A DNA stretch of 61,464 nucleotides, filler included, from Choristocarpus tenellus KU-1152 (GCA_964200185.2; 7 parts of 7 records of this genome joined end to end with filler, not necessarily neighbours in it); one strand, 5' to 3'; shown: positions 39,007-52,732, counted from the first letter of the whole stretch. Made by a program: numbers and translations. Notes: generated by a model not told the origin, from the letters alone.

Positions 39007-40806
39007 GGGTGTGGGGTTGTTAATATATATTTGTCGCACATTAGCCATATATGGTGATAACATGTTGACAGAGGCACTACACACTGCATTACAAATTGTT
39101 GCACAATGACAAATTGTACTGTATTTCCTCCATTCCTGCCTTGATTCTCATGAGTTGGGTCTGTACTCCTACTGCTTGTCACTCCGTCTCCTCCCTTGAA
39201 TCTCCTGCTGGACCAGCTCCAAAGTTTTTACGCCTTGATTTAGGTCCAGGGTTTTTGAGGTATAGTACGTTGAGGATAGTACAGGCAAGGGGTTCCAGGG
39301 ATTCAAATTATAGGTGTACCCCACCGTACTCCACCCCTGGAAATTGGATTTTCTTGCTGAATATCAGTGGGATACGTACCTACTCTTCCTGGGATTGTAT
39401 ACTGTCACCTGTGATAAACGTGAAACCCATCATTAAGGATGAAATATTTGATATTGTACTAGAAGTACTTTTCTGAGCATCATTACAGAGTATGTGACAC
39501 TTCTTCCTTTTATGTGTTCATCTGTTCCTGTCCAAGGTGATATGTTGTTGTCCTCCACCATCCTAGGACCTTGGAGTTGACTTACTTAACCACCAGTACA
39601 CAATACTACATACATCTGTAGAAGTGATAGAGCGCAATGCCAACAATAGCCATGCCACCCACGGTCGTTGAACTCTTCTGCCTACGTCCTCCTATTGCAT
39701 GATGCCCCCAGCGTCACACCCCCATCCCATTACCAGTGTATTTCTCTTCCTGAGACACCTCATAAATATTGTGGAAGGGTGACTTCTCCCCTTGGCACTA
39801 GTGGGCCCACGATATACAATCCCAACATTGCTGTGCATGACGTACTTTCGTTCGAACACTGACTGCCCATGAGTGAGATAGATTGCACACTCCAAGGCAG
39901 GTTGGTGCAGAGCAATGTAACCGTAGACTGCCTGGCTCTCCTTACTCCAAAATCAACCTCATTCCTGTTGATGCCCTTCCTGGGAGCATACAGACAAGAA
40001 GATACTACTTTCTCTACTGACTTCTTCCTGCCCCTATCTACTACTATTTCACGAATCCACAAGACCACAGAATCCACAGTGGTTAGGTTGTGTGATGCCT
40101 CCATCAGCCTACTCGGGAGACAATGATTCGGTTGTTATTTTAATTTGCAGAGTAGCATGGTTTTATTACACAATTTCAAAGATGATCAGCCAGGCACATC
40201 GAAAATAATTGCAAATGATTCAACCCACCAATTATTCTGATCAAAAGTGTCACATCTTGCGTTATGTGACCACAAGGACACGCATTCAAAATGTTACCTG
40301 ACCTTTTATTCTTGCCAAAATATGTTGCCCGATGTGAGTTCTAATGTCCTTTGCCTTGACCACCTGTTGGCACAAACGGCACTTGAGCTTAGTGGTGGTG
40401 GAAGTTGGGGTGTCAATTGGAGAACTGTGAGTGAACTACAAGATGCTATGGTATGGTAGACTCTGAGGTTCCACTCCCTTGAAGGTAACATGGGAACGTA
40501 AATTGACCCCTGGCAGCAGTGTCGCCACATCACCAAGATGTGTGTGCAGTCACTGTAGCTCCTTCATTGAAAAGGCGTATCCATCATGGTGCAAATTAAG
40601 CACTAGGTTGAGGAGGAAAATATTTCCAGGCAATGACTTTCCACGTTGGTGTACACATCTCCAGTCCAGATGAAAGTGACTGTCCTGCCGACTTCAGGGT
40701 CTAGACTGCCCAATGAGTCCACAGACGGTGGTATGTGCACAGAAGGAGACCCTCTAGCAACACTGCTGGCCATCCCCTCAAAGGCCACACCAGTCATACC
40801 AGGCTC

Positions 40807-40875
40807 TGTTACAGGCGCCCCTCAATGCTCACCTTTCCAGGATGTACAACTCAAATCCAATGACCTTAAAACGAT
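40807..40875. mobile_element. LTR end of the same family as 935-1475, cut by the contig edge
   Basis: Reverse complement closely matches 1407-1475 (TCGTTTTAAGGTCRTTGGATTTGAGTTGTACATCCTG...CTGTAACA). Confidence 0.7.
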
Positions 40876-40975
40876 NNNNNNNNNNNNNNNNNNNNNNNNN
40901 NNNNNNNNNNNNNNNNNNNTTAATTAATTAANNNNNNNNNNNNNNNNNNNNNNNNNNNNNNNNNNNNNNNNNNNN

Positions 40976-43900
40976 GTTATTCGACATCCTCCCCTTGCTG
41001 AAAACAAGTATTAACTTTCAAACAATCACAACAAAAAAATAAAACACACATGTTGTGTCACATGTTCATCAAAAACTTTATATGTGGTCTAAAAACTCGG
41101 ACTGGCAAATTCTTGGTCAATACACCTGCCCTCTGATTTGCAGTACCAACAAAAACAACACGAATTTCTCCTTTTCTAGATAAATCCCTCAGAAAATGGT
41201 GTCGGACATCGATGTGCTTTGTTCTAGTAGAGCTTGTGGCATTTTGTACTAGTTTGCATGCACCATTGTTATCCTCAACATGTCAATGCAACGCCCAGGA
41301 AACTGTGGCTGAATAAACTCAAAAAACACTTCTCAAGAAAGTAATTCCTGTGCCACACTACTAAGAGAGCGAAAGTATCTTAGAAGGTACAAGTTTTGCC
41401 CCATTTGTCCATTTGGGGGTTGGCTTCCCATGTTTTTTTTAATAACATTTTCCTACTCCAAAATGTTTCGGAGTAGGTAAAATGCGTAAGTTATGAAAAG
41501 GTGTGTCTGGAACAAGGATATTGACACTTAGCAAAAATGCTAGCCAAAATTACATCAAAATCGCAACATTGGATTTTGGCCCCCAATTGGACGCAGCTCT
41601 ACCCTCTAAGATAATTTGACTCAGAGTTATGTATTCACTCTCTGTGGAAGACAGAGCTACAACTCTTTGTACCTTTGACATCCAAGATATTGCTCCTCCT
41701 GCAAACATAATTGCTCCTCCAGTCAATGATCTACGATCATTCCAGTCTCCAGCGTAACTAGCATCAGCATACGTACCCAACTCACACTCAGTATCAAAAC
41801 CACCAAAACTCAATCCAACACTGGAACACGTATTCAAATATGTTAGAATGCGTCTCACTGCACGCCAATGTGTGACTTTGGGATTGCTACTGTACTTGGC
41901 AACTTCACGAACTGCATTTGCAATATCACGCCTAGTCATAACAGATGCCGACATCAAACTACCAACTGCCTCTCTGTACGGTGTATTTTTATCAACACTT
42001 GGATTATTCTCACTCTTGTCTAGAGTCCTTGAGAGATCATGGGGTATCGACCTCTTCTTTGCCCCATCCATACCAAATCTTTGACACTCTTAATGTACCT
42101 AGTCTGACTGATGGTGACAGTCTGTGCAGTTCTGTCACGTGAAATCTCACAACCCATATAATACTCAAGATCACCAAAGTCTTCTATGGAAAACTGCTCT
42201 TTGATCCTAGAGCGAACACAAATCAAAACATCAATTTTACCAGCTACCAATAGATCATCTAAGTGGGGGGCTATTGCAGCACAAACAACGCCATCTCTTT
42301 TATAGCGTAACACACAAGGGTCTGCTTTGCATTGCTCAAAACCACACTTTTCCAAAACGTGCACCAACAGATTATTAAACTCTCTGCTTGCCTGTTTAGT
42401 GCCGTAAAGTGCCTTGATCAAACGTACAATCTTTCCAGACCATTTACCTTAACCATCACATAGACGTATATTAATCTTTTCATTTATTTCTGCTTGTATA
42501 AATGCCTGTTTCACATCCCAATGCTTCAATTCCCAATCCTTGTCTGCAGCTGAAGCTAAAACCATTTTCAAAGATGCAGGGGACGGTGTTGGGGTAAAGG
42601 TATATTGATAATCTAAACCCTCAATCTGTCGAAACCCTTTTGCTACCAAACGTGCCTTGCACCTATCTACCTCACCAAATTTGTTAGTCTTACGCTTGTG
42701 AATCCATTTAGTGTCTATAGCCCTGCGTCCAGGGGGTAGGTAATACGGCCTCCACAAACATTATTCAACAACAAACCAGACATCGCTTCTGCTCTAGATC
42801 GATCCCATAAATTATATTCGGGAGAGCTACATGCTGCTCTTACAGTCTTGGGTTCTGGAGGGAGCTCATCCGCTAACACTCGAATACTATCATCAATCGC
42901 ACACATCACAAGGGTAGTCTCTATGGAAACAGACAAACAAGTAAAAAAAAAAATGGAAATGTCAAAAACAGCAGCTTTGGTGGAAGTAGAATGATTACCT
43001 GATCTGGTGCGATGGGGAAGGATGTTGTCTTCACCATTGCCAATGCTGAGTCGTCGTATTTCCCTTTCACATTGGCTGTCCTTGGCCTCATCCACCCCAT
43101 TATCATCACCATCATTGCTATCCTCAGTCTCCTTCACCTCGTTGTCACCATCAATGTTGACCTCATTTTCTTCCACAAGTTCATCACTATCTCAGGTATC
43201 ATCAGATTTATCACCGTCATTTAGTCCACCTTCAATCCAGGTGATTCCATCATCATTACATTCACCCCCCATCTCCTGGATTTCTCCAATCCGTCTTCTT
43301 GCATGTGGAGGAAAGATGTATCCTGGAGTGTCATCTAAATCTTCAGTAGTCCTTCGGCGTGCATGGGGAGGAAAGATGTATGCAGGAGTATCATCCAAAT
43401 CATCATGATCCCGGTCTAAATCAGAGATTGGAAAACGGACTCTGCCATCCTTGGTTGGGTGCCAATGTATGTTAGTTCGTTGAATGACACGATTTGTAGT
43501 GAAGTCTAAGACGCGGAAAGTGCCACATGGTTGATTTTCAGATATACCAACCATGATACACTGTTGTCCACGACTCCCAAGCTTATGTCCAGGACTAGAC
43601 TTGTAGTATCCAGGGGTACCAAATGCTGGTACATTCACTTGGGATCCAATTTTCCCATACAAAGCTCGATGAGGAGAAGTCCCCCTATTGACAACAGTTG
43701 CACTTCTGTTGAGGATGTAAGCTGAATGGTTGTATGCCTCTCCACATAACCATATTTTGTCCTCCAATCCTGCAGAATAAATGCTGGCCCTGGCACCACT
43801 ATCCACTTGGGCGATGCGACGTTCGGCCACACGATTATACTGGGGTTCCCCTGTCCTGGTCATTTCTTGTACCGCACCTATTTCCATAACCAAGTCCTGG

Positions 43901-46087
43901 AATTCCTCACTCTGCCACTCACCCCCTGGATCATGTCGAATATATTTAATGCGTCGCCCACTTGGAAGTACCTCAGTCTTAAACCATCACCCAAGAGCCT
44001 TCGCTGCATAGCTCTTCTTCGGGAGTAGTCGTATCCAGGTGAAGCGAGTTGCATCATCGACAATTGCCAGGGCGTACCAGCCCCACCGAGTGATTTAACT
44101 TTCTTCAGTCCTGTGAGGTCAATAATGACGCGAGTGAAGGTTTCCCTAGCTCGTGCAGTGGTGGATTTTGGGACAGAATCCTTTATCCTAATCCCTTTTG
44201 CGCACCCTATGCACTTTGTTGATGCTAAGTTTCCTGTCAGTATGATTCCTTGTTCCTTAGCCGTGTGTTGAAGAATTTTCTCACCAGCATGGTTGAGGAT
44301 GCGATGAAAAATAGTGATGTGCATGGGTGTTGTAGAGACAGTTGCGGCCAAAGGTGTTTCTTCTGGGGGTGGTAACCTTTCGTCGTTAGCTGCGTACATG
44401 GATCCATTCCACTTGAAAACGAGCGGAAAACCCTCCCCATCACAGATATGATATGCATCACCAATCAATTTGATATTCACTTCCTTAGCCCTACTAGCAG
44501 AATGTGAAGAGAGAAGATTGAAAGCTACTTTCGGGACAAATGCAACAGACATCAGAGTAACATGCACCCACTCATCGCGGCCGACATTGAAATTTAAATC
44601 AATCTTGCCATAACCCATAATGGGCAGTGATGTGCCGTCAGCCACGGTCATGTTGTGGCCTTCTGGACATGTGGTGAAGTCATACATGTACTGTGAGTCT
44701 TTTGTTACACTGTTGGAACCACCCGAATCAAAACTCGACATTTCGAAAGCATTCAATCTCACCTTGCCATTATCAGCCACAGTGGCTAACATGGTCTTGA
44801 ACTTCCTAGGTTCCCTAGCTGGTTCATCTGGTTCAGCTAGTATCCCCGCCGACTTTAACGGGTTTGCCCTCCTTTGTGGGCACACGGCTCGCAGGTGGCC
44901 AACCTTCCCGCAGCTGTAGCACGGTCCTCTGAATTTGCAGGAACCGAAATGCTTCACCAATCCACACATATCACAAGTCTCTCGGGCCTTGGCAAGCCCC
45001 CTGGAACGGGATCCTGTCGTCCCAGGGTCAATATGGTGACCGGTCGTACCACGGTTGCCACCTTGACCAGCCTTTTTCTCGGTCCTCGTGGCCAGAGCGC
45101 TCCCAGGCTCTCTGTGATCTCCTATCTCTCATTGAAGTGAGAAATAGCGCGAGCGAGCAGCTTGTTGTATTGTAGTTCTCAAGCGCTCACTCTTATTATG
45201 GTGCTGGAGATAATGTTTGGTGATCTGGTATTCGTCATCCAAACAGTCTAACATAGCGATTTCTAGGACCTTCTCGGACATCACATGGCCCATCATCGCC
45301 ATCTGGTCAGCCCAGTCTAGCATCTTTGTGAAGGTAATTTGCGGGTCTGACCCCCGAGGCATCTTGACCGTCATAACTTTCCTTTGGAGTCCGGCTATTT
45401 CCTCATCTGACTGAATAAGGGAGTGTTCACGTAGTTTTTCCCAGGCTCCTGAAGGTGAGGCAGCCTTGCGGACTATAAACCGGCAAATCCCACTGGTGCT
45501 CCTCAGCAGGAGGACGTCGTAAGCTTTCTTGGCCTTGGTGACCTCATCTTCATCCACATCTTCCTGCTTGATGAAATCAATATCACCCACCCTGATGGGT
45601 TCCTCCCTGTGCTCTAATGCTTCATCAATATCCCCCTTTGCTCCCAAAAATGCCCGGATTGTAGCAAACCAATCGGCATAGTTGTCGTCCGTGAGTTGAA
45701 GGAGTTTGGCATGAAAACCACCAGTAGCCATGAGTGATGCAATACCTAATTCAAAAACCAGTCCGGCTGCGCCTCCCCAAGCTAGAGTTTGTTTTAGGCG
45801 CTTAAGCGTGTTGAAAAGCTTGGTGCACATAAGGCTCGTCGCCGGAAGCTAGCAGTTGAATTACATGGTAATTCACACATTGAATTATTAATTCTCCGCA
45901 GGGTATTATCCACTTGATGCTATTGTCCCACTATACCATTTGTAATGTCCCACTAACTCACCATAACATACCGCTGTGTACGTTACTACCTTGTACTATA
46001 ATAAACTAAAGATCAACGTACATATAAGCTATGTTGTTTACTTGGATCAGCACAGATAGCGTAAGGATAACACTAAGTTATTCGACA
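40976..46087 (-). mobile_element. Near full-length, inactivated Ty1/copia retrotransposon
   Basis: 5' LTR 46087-45809 (TGTCGAA...TTCAACA). gag-pol runs 45731 to 41058 with CCHC knuckle CYSCGKVGHLRAVC, protease FDSG, integrase, RT (KARLVAKGFRQ, DVKQAF, KALYGTKQA, HLDD) and RNase H (YADASYAGD, ALSSTESEY, KHIDVRHHF). PPT AGCAAGGGGAGGA precedes the 3' LTR start at 40986. Stops, frameshifts and a MITE insertion are present. Confidence 0.95.
41367..41622. mobile_element. MITE (family A) inserted in the copia RNase H
   Basis: Removing it and one AGA restores ESEYITL-SSVAQEL on the minus strand. Confidence 0.9.
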
Positions 46088-47105
46088 TCCTTGACCTTTG
46101 GGATATCCCATCGGTTAACAGCACATCCTTCCGCAAATGGGCAGCCAAAGCTGGGGTCTCTCTTGTCTAATTTTGGGATCTGTGCAAGTGCAGCGAGGAG
46201 ATGACGAAGGTCGGGCAGTGAACTAAGCTAGTCCTCTCAGACCAGGAGAAAGTTAACAGGGTGGGTTTTGTTATCAGTCACATGCACAGGAGGGGGGAAG
46301 TGGGGTATTAGTGGAAGATCTATTTGGCTGGGTGTATGTTGACGAGAAGTGGTTTTACATCCTCAAAGATGGGTAAGTTGTGCACCTGCACCTCACAGAG
46401 CACCCTGCCAAACTCCCACGGGCACAGAATAAGTTTATATTAGGAAGGTTATGTTCCTTGCAGCTGTGGTCAGCCCTAGGAAGCTCTCCAATATGGTGTG
46501 CTTCGGTGGGAAAATCGGGATCTGACTCATTGTGGACACCAGGGTCGCTCAATGCACCAACAGACACCGTCCCAAGGACACCAAGGTGCTTGTGCCAGTC
46601 AAGGTTGATGGGGAGAGGTATTGGGAAGTCATGATCGAGGATGGATTCCGGTAATCAAGGCCTGCATGCCTAGGCTTGAAGGACACACCATCTTCAAGCA
46701 TCAGGATGGGGCAAAGCCATGCACCAAGAGGGGGGGATCATGGAGGCGTTTGAGGAGACAGCAGAGGATCATTGTCATAGAGACTCAAGTCAGCCAATCC
46801 ACCTGGCTCCAACGTCAGTGACCTGTGTTTCTTTAATTCCATCCAGCAACTGAAGGCAGATGTGGGGGTGACAACACAGAGGAGCCGTAGGAGGCCACAA
46901 TGGAGGCGTTAGATGTGTACCCCTGAGAGAAGGAAAGGCTGAGAAGGCAGGCAAAGTCCCTCTGAATGTCCCAGTGGGTGCAGCGAAATGCCATGCTGGA
47001 ATAGAGTTTTGGAGGGCCTTGGGGTCGGAATCATAGATATGTGTAGGTTCCCCCATTTTGCTTGAGAAATCTATTTTGGTGTGCAACCTTTTTTGTGTGT
47101 CTATA
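46088..47105 (+). pseudogene. Decayed Tc1/mariner transposase (plant-mariner/DD39D-like), 5' part displaced by the copia insertion
   Basis: Motifs VYVDEKWFY, KVMFLAAV, GKIGI, HQDGAKP, NVSDLCFFNSIQ in broken frames. Confidence 0.8.
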
Positions 47106-47599
47106 ATACAACCATAAAGTATAAACGCACGAAAAAGAATGTTGCTTCTTCATCAAGGTCGGAAAAAAGTTACGCTAAATTTAAGTCCTAAATATCAGAG
47201 GAAGCATTTAATTGTATTATCCTACACATTATTGTTTTGTAGTGTGAGGAAATCCTCTATTGATTGTTTAGATCATTTAATACTCGAATCACACCCTCAT
47301 CCTTTCCGACTGACCATCTACTGTCCATTCCACTGGTTGCACCCATCGTCGCCACTAAACAAGGTAAGGAAATGCTTTCTTGAATCGTATGCATGCTCTT
47401 CCCTCAACACCATTGACTAGGTGAAAGGTGATATACTTGATGCAGCCGACCTATGTACACTTCAAGGGATATTAAACATACATCAGTCACAGTTAGAGTT
47501 GCTACTGCTTACATCACAAGGCTCAGATAGGACCAACGGTACATCTCACCGATTTTCGACTTTACTCCCTCTTCCTGTATGAGTTTACATTAGGCTGTC

Positions 47600-48700
47600 A
47601 CGGAAGAGTGTACCATTTCTGAGGAAACCTGTACCATTATTCCTCCATCTCTTGGAATTGCGCTTGGAGCAAAGCAGGCCGAGTTTCAGGCCCAATGAGT
47701 GGCCATTCGATTCCACGAAAAATTCACCCTTACCGCAGAAAAAGTATTGTTTAGTGGTTTTGTGCGCTTGATAGTTTGGACCCAATCTTCTCCTGTCACC
47801 CTTAATTCATTTTAGGCACGGCCGTCCCCGCCTTTGCTGGACTCGGGTAGCCTTTTATCATGTGGAGTGCGCCCTGCCTTACCGTGTGCGTTGCCTCTAC
47901 TTGCCTGGCAGAATCCCATTTGATAGCGACCAAACCTACCACATTCACTGCTTCAGACTCCAGTCACCAAGTCCCGTCCTGAACAGGATCGTTCTGAAAA
48001 TACTTTGCGCCCCTTGTGTATTTGTAACTCGTCCTGTATATTGCTTCTTCCTTTGCTCCTGAATCGAAACCGTCGCCATCGCCCCTGGTTGTATCCTTTC
48101 TGCTCGTCAACGCAGTTGTCCCGAAGTGGACCCCAACCTCCCTACCTTGGACTCTCGGGGCTACTCCTTGGGATATGGATCGCCCAAAGCATACCTACTG
48201 CTTCGATGTGGATGCATTCGATCAGCCAGGGCTGACACACGACGGGATTGAGGTACGTAAAAATTCCATCCTCCTTCATTCCTAGTTGAAATGCTCCAAA
48301 CTAGGGGTGGCGTAGGACCTTTCCTACTCTTCTTTGCTTCGGCTGTCTGTCGTTGTTGATCGATTCTCGCGACCATCCTCCATGCCTAGACTGTGGGTGT
48401 ATGCTGCCCCTACCCTTGCGTATGGTGTGTACTTCTCTTGGTCTGATTGTGTTGCCTGTCTGCCATGTTGCTTAACGACTGTGGTTTGAGCAGATCCACT
48501 TGGAGTTACGGAATAGGGTGATGAATTTGGGGAACATCCTGAAGTTGCAGATTGGTTGATGCTCTGCTCTGCCCTATGAAAGCTCTGCGTTTGACTGCTT
48601 TGTCTGAACTTGATTGCACAGAGATATTTACTTTGGTCCTGTGTGGTGATGCTTTCCATGTAATCCGTGTGATGATGGTCTCGTTTTTTCTCTCTTTATA
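47600..48700 (-). pseudogene. Possible 3' part of a decayed non-LTR retrotransposon ORF2
   Basis: ILFRTGLGDWSLKQ*MCRFG...FCQA...LHMIKGYP resembles the RTG...C..C...H...CP C-terminal zinc knuckle region of LINEs. Heavily disrupted. Confidence 0.35.
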
Positions 48701-49537
48701 TTCTGGTTTTCAATGGCACTTGATCTACAAGTTGCTGCTGCTTTTTGACATATGTACATACGACGTATATACATGTGATATGTGAAAAGGAAATTGCAGT
48801 CCCAGTTCTCTCTGTTAATGTTTGTGCCTTGCTTGATTCTACAGATACATTCTAAGGTGTCATGTAGGTAGTTGGAATAGGTGCTTTGAGTTTGATGCTG
48901 TAGTAAGGTGTGAACTCAAGAAGTCGTATGAGGTGTAAAGATGTCCAAGTGTGGACTTCGCAGATAAAATGACACAGCCCAGAGCCAGTGCCAGGGCAAT
49001 AGAGCTATGGTGTCGTCCATTGATTCCATATACAGTCTATATACATACATGTAGTGCTTTGAGCTACAAAACTATTATTTTCTGTGGAAGATCAGAATCT
49101 AGCAATATGCAAGGAGGAGAAATTCTGAATCTTTCATTCCCCTGTGCTCTTAGGCACATCAATCTTATGTGCTATGCAGGATTGTGTTAAGGCTATAGTG
49201 CAGTAACGGACGGTGGCAAACACCATACACTCTTTCTTGGAGTTTCGATGTTCTTGTTTCCCCTTTACCCCCAAACATTCTGCTCTCCTGGCAGTCTGCC
49301 CTTGAGACACATTTGATTGGACTCTCTATGTACAGTATGATGTGTGCATCACACCGAACCGCCCCCCCTCCCTGCCCCCAGCCCCAACCCTACCGTAACC
49401 TGTTTCCCCCCCCNNNNNNNNNNNNNNNNNNNNNNNNNNNNNNNNNNNNNNNNNNNNTTAATTAATTAANNNNNNNNNNNNNNNNNNNNNNNNNNNNNNN
49501 NNNNNNNNNNNNNCCACCCCCCCCAGATACTTTGGGT

Positions 49538-49762
49538 CATTTTACCTACTCCAGAATGTTTTGGAGTAGGTAAAATGCGTACGTTATGAAAAGATGTGTC
49601 CAGAACAAGGATATTGGCATCTCCTAACAATTATGATAGTCTGTCCGGAACAAGGATACTGACACTTCCTAACAAACACGATAGCCAAATTACATCAAAA
49701 TTCCAACATTGAATTTTGGTCCCCAAATGGATGCGGCTCTACCCTCTAAGATACTTTGACTC
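49538..49762. mobile_element. Partial MITE (family A) with internal duplication, abutting a family C-like end
   Basis: Hairpin TTTACCTACTCC...GGAGTAGGTAAA and terminus CTCTAAGATACTTTGACTC. TGTCCRGAACAAGGATA occurs twice. Confidence 0.8.
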
Positions 49763-49870
49763 ATATATTGTTGTGAGTGGTGTAGATAAAATGACCGATC
49801 AAAAAGATAATGTGGGACAAAAAAAGTGTGTCGAAATGGTACACTATATTTATATCTTCTATGAAAAATA

Positions 49871-49942
49871 TGGTCCTACAGAGACTCGAACTTGGAGTGT
49901 GATATTCAGAACCTCAACTGATACCGACTACACCGTAAGAAC
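49871..49942 (-). pseudogene. Degenerate tRNA-Gln(CTG)
   Basis: Minus strand GTTCTTACGGTGTAGTCGGTATCAGTTGAGGTTCTGAATATCACACTCCAAGTTCGAGTCTCTGTAGGACCA. Has A/B boxes, TT-CTG-AA loop and a downstream T5, but several stem mismatches. Confidence 0.55.
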
Positions 49943-50440
49943 TTTCCTTACACCATCTTGGGATGAAACATATTTAGAAACTATCCTACTTTGTCTCTGT
50001 AACTTTTTCTACTCCTATCTACAGTTATTAATTATGTTCATTATACTATTGGGTATATATTATCATGACCTCTAACAAGCTGTAGATGTGTCGGGGCTGA
50101 AAGAAACCAAAAACTAAATCTGTACTATAATAACTACTGCAAGTGCAACAGTTATCAATGGTCACACCTCTTAAAAAAAAAATGAACATATATTATTCTA
50201 AAACTAACAATACAAAGTGTCCATTGAAAGGTTCCTCACTACAAGTAAGAAGGGGAAAAGGAGTTCTACCGTGCTAATGGCTGCAATGTGGAGGTGCAGC
50301 ACGATAAGGAGCGCTCAAGGTGTTTCTCTGCTTAATGCTCCCTCGTTTCAAACCATTTCAGGCTACTCGGCGGTTAGAGGGGACATTCACCAGAGATAAT
50401 GTTGAGAAAATAAATTAACCAGGTGGAAGTATTGAACTAT

Positions 50441-50707
50441 GACTCAAACCGTTTAAGAGGGTAGGTACGCGTTCGTTCGGAGTCATAAATCCAATGTTGC
50501 AATTTTGACTAATTTCGGTTATCGTGTTTGATAGCAAGTGTCAATATCCTTGGTCCAGATACACCTTTCATAGTCCTAAACATTTTACCTACTCCGAATC
50601 CGAAATGTTAACGCAGAAAACCGAAAAGGGGCATAAAAAACCGTGGGAAGCAAAGCCCCAAACGGACAAACAGGGCAAAACTCCTACCCTCTTAAATTCT
50701 TTGGGTC
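50441..50707. mobile_element. Diverged family A MITE
   Basis: Shares AATCCAATGTTGC, AAGTGTCAATATCC, TTTTACCTACTCCGAA and CCCCAAACGGACAAACAGGGCAAAA. Flanks TAT/TAT. Confidence 0.7.
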
Positions 50708-51699
50708 TATCCATCTTTGGGCAATTTGCCAATACACATACAGTGAGAGTAGAACTACTTCAATGAAAGCTGAAATCCACAACTGGGCAGAGTCAAGAGA
50801 ACAAGCAAATTCAAGGGAAGTATGGACGCTAGCAGGAAAAACAAATAGAATGGGCATACACTGTACATGGTGCCAGTGGGGGGAAGTATCTTGAATGGAG
50901 GGTGTTGAGATTGATTTTTTTGCATGAGAAGGGAAGTAATGAGAAGTCAGGCAGAAAGCGAACTAGCCAAACTGAGCTAGTGAGAGTGGGAAGGGAGTTT
51001 CATAATAACTTGCGGTGGTAGAGATGTACATTTAACCACCTTGATCTAGAAGCGGGAGATATATTATCAGCAAAGTTTTGTTTGAATAGTTAGAAGTGGC
51101 CACCTCAGAGACACTGGGGTGTGTTCTGGTGCATGTAGCATTGTACAGCGTCAGGAGGCTATTGCTCCAACCTGGGTGCATGGTTCCTTGTGAAGGAAGG
51201 GGACTGAAATGTGGGGAAATAGAAGGGGGAAGGGGGAATGACTATTTTCGGTCACCTCCAGATCTTTGTCCGGGGCCAGAGCAGGTTACAAGATTGTTGG
51301 TAGTAATTCAGTGGCGTAGGCGGACCAGCCCGTTTGCTGTGTAGCCCTGACCCTGTCATTGATCGTAACAATCGGAAAAAAATAAATATTAACTTTACGG
51401 TGTAGAGCTCTACGTATAATACTGAAAAAAACATTGGTGCCAATTAAATATATTAACTGAACATACATTTCCTATTACCCCTTTTGTATAAATTATAATT
51501 TTTCCATATTTGAAGTAACGGATTGGTCGTTAAGAATATACACACACCAGGGTTTGATAGTTCAGCATTGTCGATTGAGGTCTAACCATTTTTTTTATTT
51601 GCTTCGTCGTTTTGAAAAGTTCAACTGCCAACGCCAATACGTATGGTGTCTTTTGGTCATTTTATAGACCTAGACGTTCTGATCTGGAATCTCGAATCT

Positions 51700-51959
51700 G
51701 AGCCAAACCAATCAAGAGGTAGGTAGGTTTGGACCCTTTTTCCTTCTAAGTCATCTTCCTTACCCTGTGCAGTACACTCTTTCATTGCTTTACGTGCACA
51801 ATAGGTTTTTCAGAATTGATGTTCACCCTTATCATACACAATGTGACACCACAACTCAGCAAAGAAAGGCTCTTTCTGCAATTTTACAAAGCAGCACGTT
51901 TTATATTTTTCTTGGGATCCTTAAAATGCAACCCTACCTACCTCTCCGTTGGTTTGATC
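51700..51959. mobile_element. MITE (family D)
   Basis: GAGCCAAACCAATCAAGAGGTAGGTAGG...CCTACCTACCTCTCCGTTGGTTTGATC. Reverse-complement homolog of 53980-54240. Confidence 0.7.
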
Positions 51960-52732
51960 GACTGTTAGCTCTAAGAAAAGTAACGTCTAGGGCAATTGCG
52001 ACGTGATATATATATATATGTACATGGATATATACCTATGTCCTTTTGTCTTCAATTTCGTGTGATTACAACTTAGTTGAACAACAGTAACAGGCCTTCT
52101 TTTTCCACCCCTGTGTCTGGACCAAATTTGAAGGGAATCACCCGAAAAACCGGCATCAAACTAGGGTGAATTACAATACCCCACCAAGCCCTAAAATGAC
52201 GATCTGGTCTTAACACCCCTTCCCTAGGATATTAGGGACGTCAAATCAGGGTGGTACCCCAGGCTTTCACTGGGTCAGGAGTTGTTAAATAACGACAAAA
52301 CGGTTCAGAGACACAACGACAAAGTTCGTGATATGAGAGAAATAGATACAGTTGGGCCCCATGAAGTGCATGAATTGAGCCGCTAGATGCGACAGAGTGG
52401 TTATTTGAGAGTTATCGATTGACCCATAGTATCGTAGAGGGGGTTCAAACGTCCATTTGGTGCCTATTTTTACCTTGTTGGTGATTTCATGTCGTTCTAG
52501 TAAAGGCGTCAGATGTAAGAGCAATTGCCTTCACATTTGAGCGCACGTCCCTTTTGCACGCCCCTGCCTTGACCAAATCCGAACAAAATTCATCAGCAAA
52601 AACGGATATCAAACTGGGGCTTCTTTCAAATCCTCATCAAGCACAAAACGGGACGCTTTGATTAAATGCCCCCCCCCCTTAGGATGCTATTGACCATCTT
52701 ACATATAGCTACCATTACTCACCACTTCGAGT

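Noticed and set aside
45129-45131. Programmed gag-pol stop-codon readthrough
   Set aside because: The TGA lies upstream of the gag zinc knuckle and the second copy has a sense codon (TGG) there. A point mutation is the simpler explanation.
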